A stretch of 64,000 nucleotides of DNA from NCBI GenBank assembly GCA_048381755.1, contig JBLXGS010000017.1, positions 61,554 to 125,553 of the forward strand. Reading direction: 5' to 3'. The notes under the pieces were generated by a model. The model did no database searches. It was not told where the DNA came from and saw only the letters and a program-made list of their open reading frames with translations. Source of the stretch: Roseobacteraceae bacterium (GTDB lineage: Bacteria > Pseudomonadota > Alphaproteobacteria > Rhodobacterales > Rhodobacteraceae). Within the stretch, counting starts at the first letter, position 1. Each line of letters starts with the position of its first letter. Shown one piece after another: positions 36,071 to 46,052 of the stretch. The translations under genes were made by a program, and so were the position numbers.

Positions 36071-36439
36071 ATGCACGTTGACTGGGAGAGCCTTCCCGAA
36101 ATCATGGGGATGAGGTCGGGGTCGAGCCGGCAGGGCATCTGCGGCGATCACCTTTCGGCTGTCCGAGTAAAGACCGAGCCCGGAACGAATTTCGATGGCC
36201 AGACCCATTGGCACGACAATGATCAGATATTGGTCATGGTCTCCGGCACGGCCAAGGTCGTGATCGACGAGACCCGTTACGAGGTGACGGCGGGTGAAAT
36301 GCTCTTCTTCCCGGCGGGGTCGCGGCATGCGGCTGTAGGTACGGGTCCGGAGGGCTGCGTCTATTACGAAATCTTCGGTCCCGCACGGCCCGACCAGCTT
36401 CCGGGCTGGGTGGGATCGAGCGTGCTTCGCTTCGACTGA
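36071..36439 (+). CDS. Cupin domain protein
   Basis: 122 aa with the cupin motifs THWHDNDQILVMVSG and FFPAGSRHA. SD AAGGAG. Confidence 0.75.
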   Translation: MHVDWESLPEIMGMRSGSSRQGICGDHLSAVRVKTEPGTNFDGQTHWHDNDQILVMVSGTAKVVIDETRYEVTAGEMLFFPAGSRHAAVGTGPEGCVYYEIFGPARPDQLPGWVGSSVLRFD

Positions 36440-36447
36440 AGAAGGTG

Positions 36448-36474
36448 TCTTGGCGCAGCAAAGCTGCGCCAAGA
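36448..36474. terminator. Perfect 12-bp hairpin between convergent genes (bidirectional terminator candidate)
   Basis: TCTTGGCGCAGC (36448-36459), loop AAA, then GCTGCGCCAAGA (36463-36474). It lies in the 54-bp gap between the cupin stop and the SDR stop. Confidence 0.7.
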
Positions 36475-36493
36475 TCCTCGCCAGGCGCGTCTC

Positions 36494-37261
36494 TCAGAAG
36501 CCCGATTGCGCGCCGCCGTCGACCGCAAGCACTTGGCCGGTCACGTATTTCGCTGCCGGGGAGAGCAAGAAGGCCATGGCCATGCCGATGTCCTCGGGCT
36601 CACCGAAGCGATTCATCGGAATCCGACCCATGATCTTTGCCAGACGTTCGGGGTCGGTGGCCGTGTTCTTGCGCACCATGTCGGTGCCGATCCAGCCCGG
36701 CGCCACGCCATTGACCCGCACGCCTTCTGGTGCAAGCTCGGTCGCCATCGCACGCACCATGCCAAGCAGCGCGGTCTTGGCGGCCGAATAACCGATCACA
36801 TGCGGGATGCCGAGGTAGGAGGCCATCGAGGCGGTGAAGAGGATCGAGCCCTTCCCCGAGGCCGCGATCTGCGGCAGGAACGCCCGGCTCAGAGCGAAGG
36901 CTCCGGCCACATGCGTTTCCATCACCGAGGAAAAATCCGCGTCGCTCATCTCGGAGATCGGCTTCTTGACGGTGTTGCCCGCGTTGTTGATCAGCGCGCT
37001 CACCGGGCCGTAGTCTGCCTCTACGCGCATCGCGAGCGCCTCGGCCTCGCCAAACCGGGTGACGTCATGCACCACCGTCCCGACATTGCCCCCCAGCGCG
37101 GTCCGTGCCGCGGCAAGTTTCTCGGCCCGCGTCCCCGAGAGGATGACCTCGGCTCCTGCAGCGATAAGGCAGCGTGCCACTCCCATTCCGATGCCGCCGC
37201 TACCTCCGGTGAGTAGAACGCGGTGTCCCGCAAGGGAATAGGCGGAGAGATCGAGCGGCAT
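36494..37261 (-). CDS. SDR family oxidoreductase (KduD / gluconate 5-dehydrogenase-like)
   Basis: TGGSGGIGMGVA, NNAGN, catalytic YSAAKTALLGM, and PGWIGTDM. 255 aa. Confidence 0.85.
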   Translation of the reverse strand: MPLDLSAYSLAGHRVLLTGGSGGIGMGVARCLIAAGAEVILSGTRAEKLAAARTALGGNVGTVVHDVTRFGEAEALAMRVEADYGPVSALINNAGNTVKKPISEMSDADFSSVMETHVAGAFALSRAFLPQIAASGKGSILFTASMASYLGIPHVIGYSAAKTALLGMVRAMATELAPEGVRVNGVAPGWIGTDMVRKNTATDPERLAKIMGRIPMNRFGEPEDIGMAMAFLLSPAAKYVTGQVLAVDGGAQSGF

Positions 37262-38316
37262 CAGGCGGTCTCCGTCGCGGCGGTGTCCATTTCGATGACG
37301 ATTTTTGTCACCGAGCCGGGGTCTGCGGCCCAGGCCAGCATCGCCTCGGTCGCCTGTGCGATCCCGGGCATGCTGCTGATAATGAGATCGCCGATGCCGG
37401 GCCGAGCGCGGAGGAAGTCGACGACGCGCCGGAAATCGTCGCGGGTCGCACCGCGCGAACCGAAGATCTCGATCTCCTTCATCGGGAACAGCCGAGTCTC
37501 GTAGGAGACCTCGGTCTTGGTGTAGCCGACATAGACCACGCGCCCGCAGGAGGAGACCGCATCGACCGCCTGGCGAAAGGTGGCGGCGGCGCCCGCCGCC
37601 TCGATGATCACCGTCGGCCCATCGCCACCAGTCAGCTCGGCAAGGCGCTGGACGGTGTCTTCAGCGGCGCCGTTGATCGTCTCGGTCGCGCCAAGTCGGC
37701 GGGCGAGGTCGAGCTTGGCATCGGCCACATCAACCGCGATCACCCGCGCGCCGCGCGCCACTGCGCCAAGGAGCACGCCGAGGCCGATCATCCCGACGCC
37801 GAGCACCGCAACCGTGTCGTCGGCATCGAGGCCGGAACGTTCGACCGCGTGGAAGCCCACCGCGATTGGCTCGATAAGCGCCAGATCGCGCTGCGCGAAG
37901 CCGTCGACGGGGATCACATGGGCGGCCGGTACGCAGGCGTAGGAGGCCATCGCGCCCTCTCGCTGCACGCCCATCGTCTGGTTGTTGCGGCAGGCGTTCG
38001 GTCGGCCCTTGCGGCAGGCGATACAGGTGCCGCAATTGAAGTAGGGCAGCACGGTGCAGGGCTGGCCGGGGCTCAGCCCCTCGACACCCTCACCCAGCGC
38101 ATCCACTACCGCGGCGATCTCGTGGCCGGGAACTCGCGGGAAGCTGACCATGGGGTTGCGGCCCTGGAAGCTGCTGAGGTCCGAGCCGCAGTAGCCTACG
38201 TGGGTGAGCGCCAGTCGCACCTCGCCGGCCGCGGGCGCGGGCTTGGGGCGCTCGACCAGCGAAATCGACGCGGGCGCGTCGATTTGCACGGCCTTCATCA
38301 TTCCGGCGCCGCTCAT
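37261..38316 (-). CDS. Zn-dependent alcohol/polyol dehydrogenase (MDR, sorbitol / L-idonate dehydrogenase-like)
   Basis: GYCGSDLSSF, GHEIAAVV, Cys cluster CGTCIACRKGRPNAC, and VLGVGMIGLG. Start set at ATG 38316 (ATGA overlap with the upstream stop); ATG 38301 or 38298 (MMKAVQID...) are equally plausible. Confidence 0.85.
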   Translation of the reverse strand: MSGAGMMKAVQIDAPASISLVERPKPAPAAGEVRLALTHVGYCGSDLSSFQGRNPMVSFPRVPGHEIAAVVDALGEGVEGLSPGQPCTVLPYFNCGTCIACRKGRPNACRNNQTMGVQREGAMASYACVPAAHVIPVDGFAQRDLALIEPIAVGFHAVERSGLDADDTVAVLGVGMIGLGVLLGAVARGARVIAVDVADAKLDLARRLGATETINGAAEDTVQRLAELTGGDGPTVIIEAAGAAATFRQAVDAVSSCGRVVYVGYTKTEVSYETRLFPMKEIEIFGSRGATRDDFRRVVDFLRARPGIGDLIISSMPGIAQATEAMLAWAADPGSVTKIVIEMDTAATETA

Positions 38317-39419
38317 GCCACACCGAAACGTTCGAGGGCGTCCGCGCGCAGCGTGGTGCCAGCGCCCGGCTCGCGCGGGACGTCGTACCAGCCGTCGGTG
38401 ACGCTGACGGGTTCGGTGAAACACTCGCGCAGCCAGGGGATGTACTCGAGCATATCGCTCGACGGGTGGCCGATGGCGGTGTGGATGTGCATCTGGCCCA
38501 TGTCGCCGACGTGGCTGACCACCGGCAGGCCGCGCGCCATGGCCATGTCAGCCACCTGGATCCACGGGGTGACACCGCCGAGCCGCGCCACGTCAGGCTG
38601 CGCGTAATGCAACGCCCCGGCGTCGAAGAAGGTCTGGAAGTTATGGGCGAGGTAAAGCTGCTCGCCGAGCGCGATGGGGGTCTGGATAGTCTCGGCTAGC
38701 CGCTTGTGGCTGATCACGTCGTCGTACCAGAGCGGCTCTTCGAACCACATCACGTCGCAGTCGGCGAGGTGCCGGCCGAAGCGGATCGCGGTAGGCAGGT
38801 CCATGCGGCCGTTGGCGTCGACCGCCAGCGTGACCTTGTTGCCGATCGCTTTGCGTACCGCCTCGAGCCGCTCGATGTCGGTGGCGAGGTTGGGCGAGCC
38901 GACCTTGATCTTCACGCCGAGATAACCCTCTTCCTCGACCAGCCGCTTGCAGTCCGAAACCAGCGTCTCAAGAGGCCAGTTCAGCCAGCCGCCGTCGGTG
39001 TTGTAGGCGAGGATCGGTCGCTCAGCTCCGCCCATGCTCTGCCACAACGTCTGCTCCGCCGCCTTGGCCTTGATATCCCAGAGCGCCACGTCGATCGCGC
39101 CGATGGCGAGATGCGAGATGCCGCCTCGCCCGACCCATTGCACCGGCGGAAAGCGTTCCATCTCGCGGTAGAGGGCGGTGGTCTCCAGCGGATCGCGGCC
39201 GACGATCCAGTCGAAGCAGGTCTCGATGCACTGGGTGATCAGCCGGTCCGAGGGCAGGTGGGCGTGGGTGCCGGTGTAGCCATAGCCGGTGATCCCCGCG
39301 TCGGTTTCGATGATGACCCCCGGGGCGCCCCAGTGGGTGAGCGTGTGGGTGCTGTCTGCGACGCCGTTGCGGGTCACGGGCACATGCAGGATGAAGGTCT
39401 TGAGAGACGTGATTTTCAT
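38313..39419 (-). CDS. Enolase-superfamily acid-sugar dehydratase (mandelate racemase subgroup)
   Basis: Start at ATG 39419 (MKITSLKTFILHVPV). KxK motif VKIKVG, and metal ligands in LAVDANGRM, WFEEPL and ALGEQLY. Confidence 0.8.
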   Translation of the reverse strand: MKITSLKTFILHVPVTRNGVADSTHTLTHWGAPGVIIETDAGITGYGYTGTHAHLPSDRLITQCIETCFDWIVGRDPLETTALYREMERFPPVQWVGRGGISHLAIGAIDVALWDIKAKAAEQTLWQSMGGAERPILAYNTDGGWLNWPLETLVSDCKRLVEEEGYLGVKIKVGSPNLATDIERLEAVRKAIGNKVTLAVDANGRMDLPTAIRFGRHLADCDVMWFEEPLWYDDVISHKRLAETIQTPIALGEQLYLAHNFQTFFDAGALHYAQPDVARLGGVTPWIQVADMAMARGLPVVSHVGDMGQMHIHTAIGHPSSDMLEYIPWLRECFTEPVSVTDGWYDVPREPGAGTTLRADALERFGVA

Positions 39420-39433
39420 GGGTCTTTCCACGT

Positions 39434-40711
39434 TCAGGGGTTCAGCAGGTCGGGCAGCCAGAGGCTGAGCTGCGGGAAATAGGCGAGCAGGAACAGCACG
39501 ATCACCAGCGGCACGAGGAAGGGCAGCGTGGCGCGCATGCATTGCTCGAAGGGCACCTGTGACACGCGGCTCAGCACGAAGAGCACCATGCCCACGGGCG
39601 GTGTCAGCAGGCCCAGCATCAGGTTGAGCACGACGATGATGCCAAGATGCACCGGATCGATGCCGACGGTCTGCGCCACTGGCAGCAGGACCGGCACCAG
39701 GATGGTGATCGCGGCGATGGTTTCCATGAAGCAGCCGACCACCAGCACCAGCAGCATGATCAGCAGCAGCACCAGCTCTCGGTTCTGCGTCAGGCCGAGC
39801 ACCGCACCGGCGACAGCCTGTGCCGACTGATTGGCGGTGAGGATCCAGGCGAAGATCGCCGCGCCGGCCACGATCATCATGATCGAGGCGGTGGTCTCGA
39901 GGCTGTCCATGGTGATGCGGATCAGCGCCTTCGGGGTCAGCGTGCGGTAGACCAGCAGCCCAAGTACCAGCGCGTAGGCGACCGCCGCCACCGCCGCCTC
40001 GGTCGGTGTGAATACCCCTGTGCCGATGCCGCCGATGATGATCGCGGGCGTGCAGAGCGGCAGGAAGGCGCGGCGAAAGGTATGCCAGACATAGCGCGGA
40101 TCGAAGGCGCGGTCGCGCGGGTAGTGACGCCGGTGTGAGTACCAGGCGACCATGAGCACCAGCGACAGCGCCATCAGCAGCCCCGGGACGATCCCTGCGA
40201 GGAAAAGATCACCGATCGAGACCGAGGCGGTGACCCCGTAGAGCACCAGCGGCAGCGAGGGCGGGATGATCGGACCGATGGTCGAGGAGGCGGCGGTGAT
40301 GCCGACGGCGAAATCGGTCTCGTAGCCGGCGTCGCGCATCGCCTTGATCTCGATGTTGCCGAGCCCGCCGGCGTCGGCGACGGCGGCGCCGGACATCCCG
40401 GAGAAGATCACGCTGGCGCCGACGTTGACGTGACCGAGCCCGCCCGGGGCCCAGCCGGCGACGGCGCGGGCAAAGTCGAAGATGCGCGAGGTGATGCCGC
40501 CCGAGTTCATCAGGTTGCCGGCCATGATGAAGAAGGGCACCGCGAGCAGCGAAAAGCTGTTTACCCCGTTGATCATGTAGTTGAGCGCGGTAATCGACGG
40601 CAGCCCCTCGAGCAGAATGTAAAGCAAAGAGGAGGCGCCGAGCGCGATCGAGATCGGCGCACCTATGGCGATCAGCAGGGCCAGCGCGGCGAACATCAGA
40701 GTCAGGGCCAT
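39434..40711 (-). CDS. dctM: TRAP transporter large permease
   Basis: 425-aa polytopic protein with typical DctM segments (VPFFIMAGNLMNSGGITSRIF). Confidence 0.9.
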   Translation of the reverse strand: MALTLMFAALALLIAIGAPISIALGASSLLYILLEGLPSITALNYMINGVNSFSLLAVPFFIMAGNLMNSGGITSRIFDFARAVAGWAPGGLGHVNVGASVIFSGMSGAAVADAGGLGNIEIKAMRDAGYETDFAVGITAASSTIGPIIPPSLPLVLYGVTASVSIGDLFLAGIVPGLLMALSLVLMVAWYSHRRHYPRDRAFDPRYVWHTFRRAFLPLCTPAIIIGGIGTGVFTPTEAAVAAVAYALVLGLLVYRTLTPKALIRITMDSLETTASIMMIVAGAAIFAWILTANQSAQAVAGAVLGLTQNRELVLLLIMLLVLVVGCFMETIAAITILVPVLLPVAQTVGIDPVHLGIIVVLNLMLGLLTPPVGMVLFVLSRVSQVPFEQCMRATLPFLVPLVIVLFLLAYFPQLSLWLPDLLNP

Positions 40712-40712
40712 G

Positions 40713-41276
40713 TCAGCGCGCTCCTCGGTTGCGCACGATCTGCCAGGCCACCAGCACCGCGGCCAGGCCGAGTGCGGCGGTGACGATCCAGTAGAAGACG
40801 CCGCGCGACAGATCGAGGCTGATCAGCCGCTGTCGGCTCATCCGCTCGGCCAGCGCGATGCCGGTCCAGCCGAGCCCGCAGAAGAACACGAGGCTGACAA
40901 GGTCACCGATCAGCCGTAGGACGCGGGCGGTCTTCGCGGACACCCGGTCGAGCACGATCTCGAGATGGATGTGGCTACGCTTGCGCAGACAGATCAGCGA
41001 GCCGGTGAAGGTCAGCACGATCAGCAGGTAGCGGGCGATCTCTTCGGTCCAGCCGATCGACGAGTTGAGCACGTAGCGCGAGAAGAACTGCAGGAAGACC
41101 ACGGCCATCAGCGCCCAGAAGACGGCGAAAACCGGGTAGTCCCACCAGCGGACGTCCGAGACATCCTCCATCCCGGCGTCCATCTCCCGCACGATGGTCT
41201 CGTCGAGCGCGTCTGGTTCGGGCACAGCATGGGGGTCGCGAGCCTCATGGCTCGCGTGGGTCTGATGCTGGATCAT
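40713..41276 (-). CDS. dctQ: TRAP transporter small permease
   Basis: 187 aa, four predicted TM helices, located between dctP and dctM. Confidence 0.85.
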   Translation of the reverse strand: MIQHQTHASHEARDPHAVPEPDALDETIVREMDAGMEDVSDVRWWDYPVFAVFWALMAVVFLQFFSRYVLNSSIGWTEEIARYLLIVLTFTGSLICLRKRSHIHLEIVLDRVSAKTARVLRLIGDLVSLVFFCGLGWTGIALAERMSRQRLISLDLSRGVFYWIVTAALGLAAVLVAWQIVRNRGAR

Positions 41277-41282
41277 GACGGT

Positions 41283-42269
41283 TCAGCGCCCGATGGCCTG
41301 AATTGCGGTGAAGGTCGCCTCGTCCCAGGGCACGGTGTCGTAATCCGTCAGGTAGGGGGTCACCGCGTCGATGAACGGTTGGCGGTCGACCTCGTGGACC
41401 GAGACGCCCTCGTCCTCGAAGAAGGAAATCAGGTCGGCCTCATTGGCGCGGGTCTCTTCGGTGGCCCAGTCGGCGGCCTCCTGCAACGCGGTGAAGATCG
41501 CGTCGTGATCTTCTTCCGAGAGCTTTTCTGCAGTGTAGCCCGACATCAGCGTCACCAGCGTCGCGGTGATGTGGCCTGTCAGGCTGATGTCGCTTTGCAC
41601 CTCGTAGAACTGCGAGGACTGGATCGTCGGCAGCGGGTTCTCCTGTGCGTCGACCGCGCCCTGCTGCAGCCCGAGGTAGACCTCGGAGAAGGCCATCGGC
41701 GTCGGGTTGGCTCCGGTCGCCTCGGGGAACATCAGGTAGGCCGGGGCATTGGCGACGCGAATCTTGAGCCCTTCCATGTCGGAAGGCTTGAGGATCGGCT
41801 TGTTCGCCGTGACGTGGCGCTGGCCGTAGTAGGTGCTGGTGACGAACTCGTTGCCGGTCACCTCGGTGTAGGACTCCATGAGCCCCTTCAGAAGATCACT
41901 CTGCCAGAAGCCTTCCCAGTGGGCGAAGTCGCGGTAGACGTAGGGGTAGTCCGAGATGGCGATCTCGGGAACCGACTGCGCCATGAAGGCGACGCCAGTG
42001 TAGATGAGATCGATCGAGCCGAGAGACAGCGCGTCGTTCAGCGCCTCCTCGTTGCCCAGTGCCGAGGCCGGGAAAATGGCGAGTGCGTAACGCCCCTCGG
42101 TGGATTCTTCGATCGCGTCCGAGGCCCGCTCCAGGGCCTGATCAAACAGGCTGCCATCGGGGTAGACATGGGCAAACTTCAGCTCGGTTTCGGCCGCGAG
42201 TGCCGGACCGGCAAGAGCGGTGGATGTCATCAAGGCGATGGCGGTAGCTGTCAATCTCTGTCGGGTCAC
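41283..42269 (-). CDS. dctP: TRAP transporter substrate-binding protein
   Basis: DctP-like mature protein (ETELKFAHVYP...). Start assigned to GTG 42269, preceded by GGGAGGAAATCACA, which gives the signal peptide VTRQRLTATAIALMTSTALAGPALAA. The track ORF extends into AT-rich promoter DNA. Confidence 0.8.
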   Translation of the reverse strand: MTRQRLTATAIALMTSTALAGPALAAETELKFAHVYPDGSLFDQALERASDAIEESTEGRYALAIFPASALGNEEALNDALSLGSIDLIYTGVAFMAQSVPEIAISDYPYVYRDFAHWEGFWQSDLLKGLMESYTEVTGNEFVTSTYYGQRHVTANKPILKPSDMEGLKIRVANAPAYLMFPEATGANPTPMAFSEVYLGLQQGAVDAQENPLPTIQSSQFYEVQSDISLTGHITATLVTLMSGYTAEKLSEEDHDAIFTALQEAADWATEETRANEADLISFFEDEGVSVHEVDRQPFIDAVTPYLTDYDTVPWDEATFTAIQAIGR

Positions 42270-42419
42270 TGTGATTTCCTCCCTGGCAAAATGAGTGCCT
42301 CTGCGAGAGTCGTAGCAAGTAATGTATAATGTCGGCAAGATACAAAAATGTGGAGGCGCATTGCAAAAGTCCAGCAAACAGCATTCAATTGAAACCGAAG
42401 GGAAAGGGCGACTAATCGT

Positions 42420-43400
42420 ATGAAACTAGAGCCGAAACGCCTGCAGGACGTGGTCTACGCTGTGCTGGTCGACAACCTAGCAAGTGGCAAGCTGCGGCCG
42501 GGCATGCGTCTGCGAGAGTCCGAATTGGCGCGTCAGTTCACGCTCAGCCGGGTGCCGATTCGCGCTGCGCTGAAGCGGCTCGAGAGCGAGGGTCTGCTGG
42601 AGTTCAACGGCCGTCGGGGTTACCGCGTTCTGGGTGAGGGCACGGAGGCGTGCGAAGAGGAGGCCCCGGTTCTCGCGATTCCGACCATCGCGCGGGACGG
42701 GCTCGAATCTCGCAACTGGCGGCAACGGCTCTTCGAGGAGGCGCAGACAGCGATCGCCTCGGCCATGGTGTTCGGAAGCTTCGGCGTCAACGAAAAGGCG
42801 ATGGCCGAGCATTATGGCGTCAGCCGCAGCGTCGCGCATGAGATCATTACGCGGATGGAGCGCGTGGGGCTGGTGCGGCAGCAGGCCAACGGTCGCTGGC
42901 AGGTCGGCCCGATGACCGAGCAGGACGTGCAGGACCACTACACCATGCGCCGACTGCTCGAGCCGGTGGCACTGGTCGAGGCGGTTGACCTTCTGCCGCG
43001 AGAGACAGTGGCGGACCAGATCGCCGAGCTGCGGCGTATGCGCGGGGCGGTGTCGGAGGTCGGCGTTCCCGAGCTGTTGCTGATCGAGCAATGGCTGCAT
43101 CGCGATATCGTGCTGTCCTGTCGGAACCGGATTCTTGCGGATTCCATCGAACGCAGCCAGCTGCCACTTATATCGACGCATATCTCCTTCACCGCGACCC
43201 GTTCCGAGGCTTCGGTGTACAGCACGATTGACCAGCACCTCCTCGTGCTCGAGGCGCTCCAGGGCGGTTTCGTGCGCGAGGCGGCCGCGGCGCTCGAGCG
43301 GCACCTCGAGGAGGCCTGCGACGTTGCGGTCGGACGCGTCAAGAACCTGACGCCCGAAGACCTGCCGGTTGGATTGCCCTTTCTGACGGAGCTGGACTAG
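42420..43400 (+). CDS. GntR family regulator with two tandem winged-HTH domains and an FCD domain
   Basis: wHTH 1 at residues ~8-72 (LRESELARQFTLSRVPIRAALKRLESEGLLEFNGRRGYRV). wHTH 2 at residues ~101-163 (NEKAMAEHYGVSRSVAHEIITRMERVGLVRQQANGRWQV). A helical FCD-like C-terminus follows. Confidence 0.8.
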   Translation: MKLEPKRLQDVVYAVLVDNLASGKLRPGMRLRESELARQFTLSRVPIRAALKRLESEGLLEFNGRRGYRVLGEGTEACEEEAPVLAIPTIARDGLESRNWRQRLFEEAQTAIASAMVFGSFGVNEKAMAEHYGVSRSVAHEIITRMERVGLVRQQANGRWQVGPMTEQDVQDHYTMRRLLEPVALVEAVDLLPRETVADQIAELRRMRGAVSEVGVPELLLIEQWLHRDIVLSCRNRILADSIERSQLPLISTHISFTATRSEASVYSTIDQHLLVLEALQGGFVREAAAALERHLEEACDVAVGRVKNLTPEDLPVGLPFLTELD

Positions 43401-43466
43401 TTCAATCCGACGCGCCGGCGTATCCGCGCCGCTCCAAGATTGGCTCGTTGTGTCTCGGGGCCTCAG

Positions 43467-43482
43467 CGGCAGGGCTCTGCCG
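43467..43482 (+). terminator. Small hairpin with a T-rich tail after the GntR gene
   Basis: CGGCAG-GGCT-CTGCCG followed by TGTCTTGTT, 67 nt after the stop. Confidence 0.4.
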
Positions 43483-43619
43483 TGTCTTGTTCAGCTGTTG
43501 TCGGAGACCAAAACATGCCGCGCGTGAAGTGCAATAATGACCCTCGGCCGCCACTAAAATATTCCTAGATGACCAGTCGTATACGCGACTGATCGGCAGA
43601 GGCTGGCGGTCGCTTTTGG

Positions 43620-44135
43620 TCAGGTTTCCCGAGCGGCGTTGAGAGAACTCGACGCCTTTTCGGCCCAGAGCTGCAGGATACGCGCGGCCTCTGCATCTTG
43701 GTGCCGGGCGCTGACCATCGTCCGCTCCGGCGCGGGCAGCCCGCACTGCGCCAGCATGTGGTCGACATCGATGGGAAAACGCGCGCTTTCCGGCAACTCC
43801 CCGAGCGCCGCGCCCGCCTGCGCCATGTCCGCCGCATAGTAGAGTTCCGATACTCCGGCGATCAGCATCGCCGCGACGCAGAGCGGGCAGGGCTCGCAAC
43901 TCGAATAGAGTGCCGCGCCGCGCAAATCGACGGTACCGAGATTGCGGCAGGCGTCGCGGATCGCCTCGGTCTCGCCATGCGAGGTCGGGTCGTGGTTGAG
44001 CGCCGAGCGATTGATGCCCTCGCCGACGATCTCCCCATCGCGGACCACCACCGCGCCGAAGGGTTCCGTGCCCGGCGTGGTCAGCGCCTGTGCCGAGATC
44101 TCGATGGCACGGCGGAGGAAACGGTCTTCATACAT
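43620..44135 (-). CDS. CDA-fold nucleoside/nucleobase deaminase (guanine deaminase / TadA-like)
   Basis: Start at ATG 44135 (MYEDRFLRRAIEIS...). Zinc motifs HGETEAI and CEPCPLC. 171 aa. It overlaps the upstream ATPase gene by 8 nt. Confidence 0.8.
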   Translation of the reverse strand: MYEDRFLRRAIEISAQALTTPGTEPFGAVVVRDGEIVGEGINRSALNHDPTSHGETEAIRDACRNLGTVDLRGAALYSSCEPCPLCVAAMLIAGVSELYYAADMAQAGAALGELPESARFPIDVDHMLAQCGLPAPERTMVSARHQDAEAARILQLWAEKASSSLNAARET

Positions 44136-45083
44136 CGGCGCTCTCCTCTGCGGCGAAACAGGCAACGCGGCGGTCATGGACATGTACCTCGCGCTGCGGG
44201 CGTTCGCGCTTGCAGCGATCGAAGGCAATCGGGCAGCGCGGGTGGAAGCTGCATCCGGGAGGCGGCGACACCGGCGAGGGCACTTCGCCGGCCATCGGCA
44301 CACGGTCGCGCTTGGGGGCTTCGAGGTCGGGGATCGTATCGAGCAGCATGCGCGTATAGGGATGCAGCGGGCGGGCAAAGAGATCGGCGGTCGGTTGGAT
44401 CTCGACGATCCGCCCGAGGTACATCACGGCGATCACATCCGCCATGTGCCGTACCACCGACAGATCGTGACTGATGAAGAGATAGGTGAGCCCCATTTCT
44501 TTCTGCAGGCGCTTCATCAGGTTGAGCACCTGCGCCTGCACCGACACGTCGAGCGCCGACGTCGGTTCATCGCAGACGAGGAACTCGGGCTCGCCTGCCA
44601 GCGCGCGGGCGATCGAGATACGCTGGCGCTGTCCTCCCGAGAATTCGTGGGGGAACTTGGCGGCATCAGCGGGCGCGAGACCCACGGTGCGCAGCAGCTC
44701 ATCAACGCGGGCCATAACCTGCGGCTCGGGCGTCTCGGGGCGCAGCGTGCGCAGCGGCTCGGCGATGATCCGGCCGACCCGCCAGCGCGGGTTGAGCGAG
44801 GCATAGGGGTCCTGGAAGATCATCTGCATCTTGTCGGGATCGCCGTTGAAGCGGATCGCTCCGCCGGAGGGCGCGTGCAGCCCGGTGACCAGCTTGGCGA
44901 TGGTCGACTTGCCGCAGCCGGACTCGCCGACCAGCGCCAGCGTCTGGCCGGGTTGAATATCGAAATCCACCCCGTCGACAGCGCGCAGAGTGCGCCGCGG
45001 CTTGCCTTCGAGCAGGCGGTTGAGCCAGGGGGCGGAGACGTCGAACCGGCGCTCCAGCGCGTCGACTTCGAGGATCGGTCGGG

Positions 45084-45087
<4 letters not shown>
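44128..45087 (-). CDS. Peptide/opine/nickel-type ABC transporter ATP-binding protein (DppF/OppF-like)
   Basis: GESGCGKST, FSGGQRQRISIARA and LVCDEPTSALD, plus an Opp-type C-terminal extension with Cys residues. Confidence 0.9.

Positions 45088-46048
<961 letters not shown>

Positions 46049-46052
<4 letters not shown>

Noticed and set aside
42325-42330. A perfect TATAAT hexamer in the AT-rich dctP / GntR divergent region.
   Set aside because: It is a possible -10 box for the GntR gene about 90 nt downstream, but the corresponding -35 (TGCGAG) is poor. The strand and transcription start cannot be established from sequence alone, so I did not call it as a feature.
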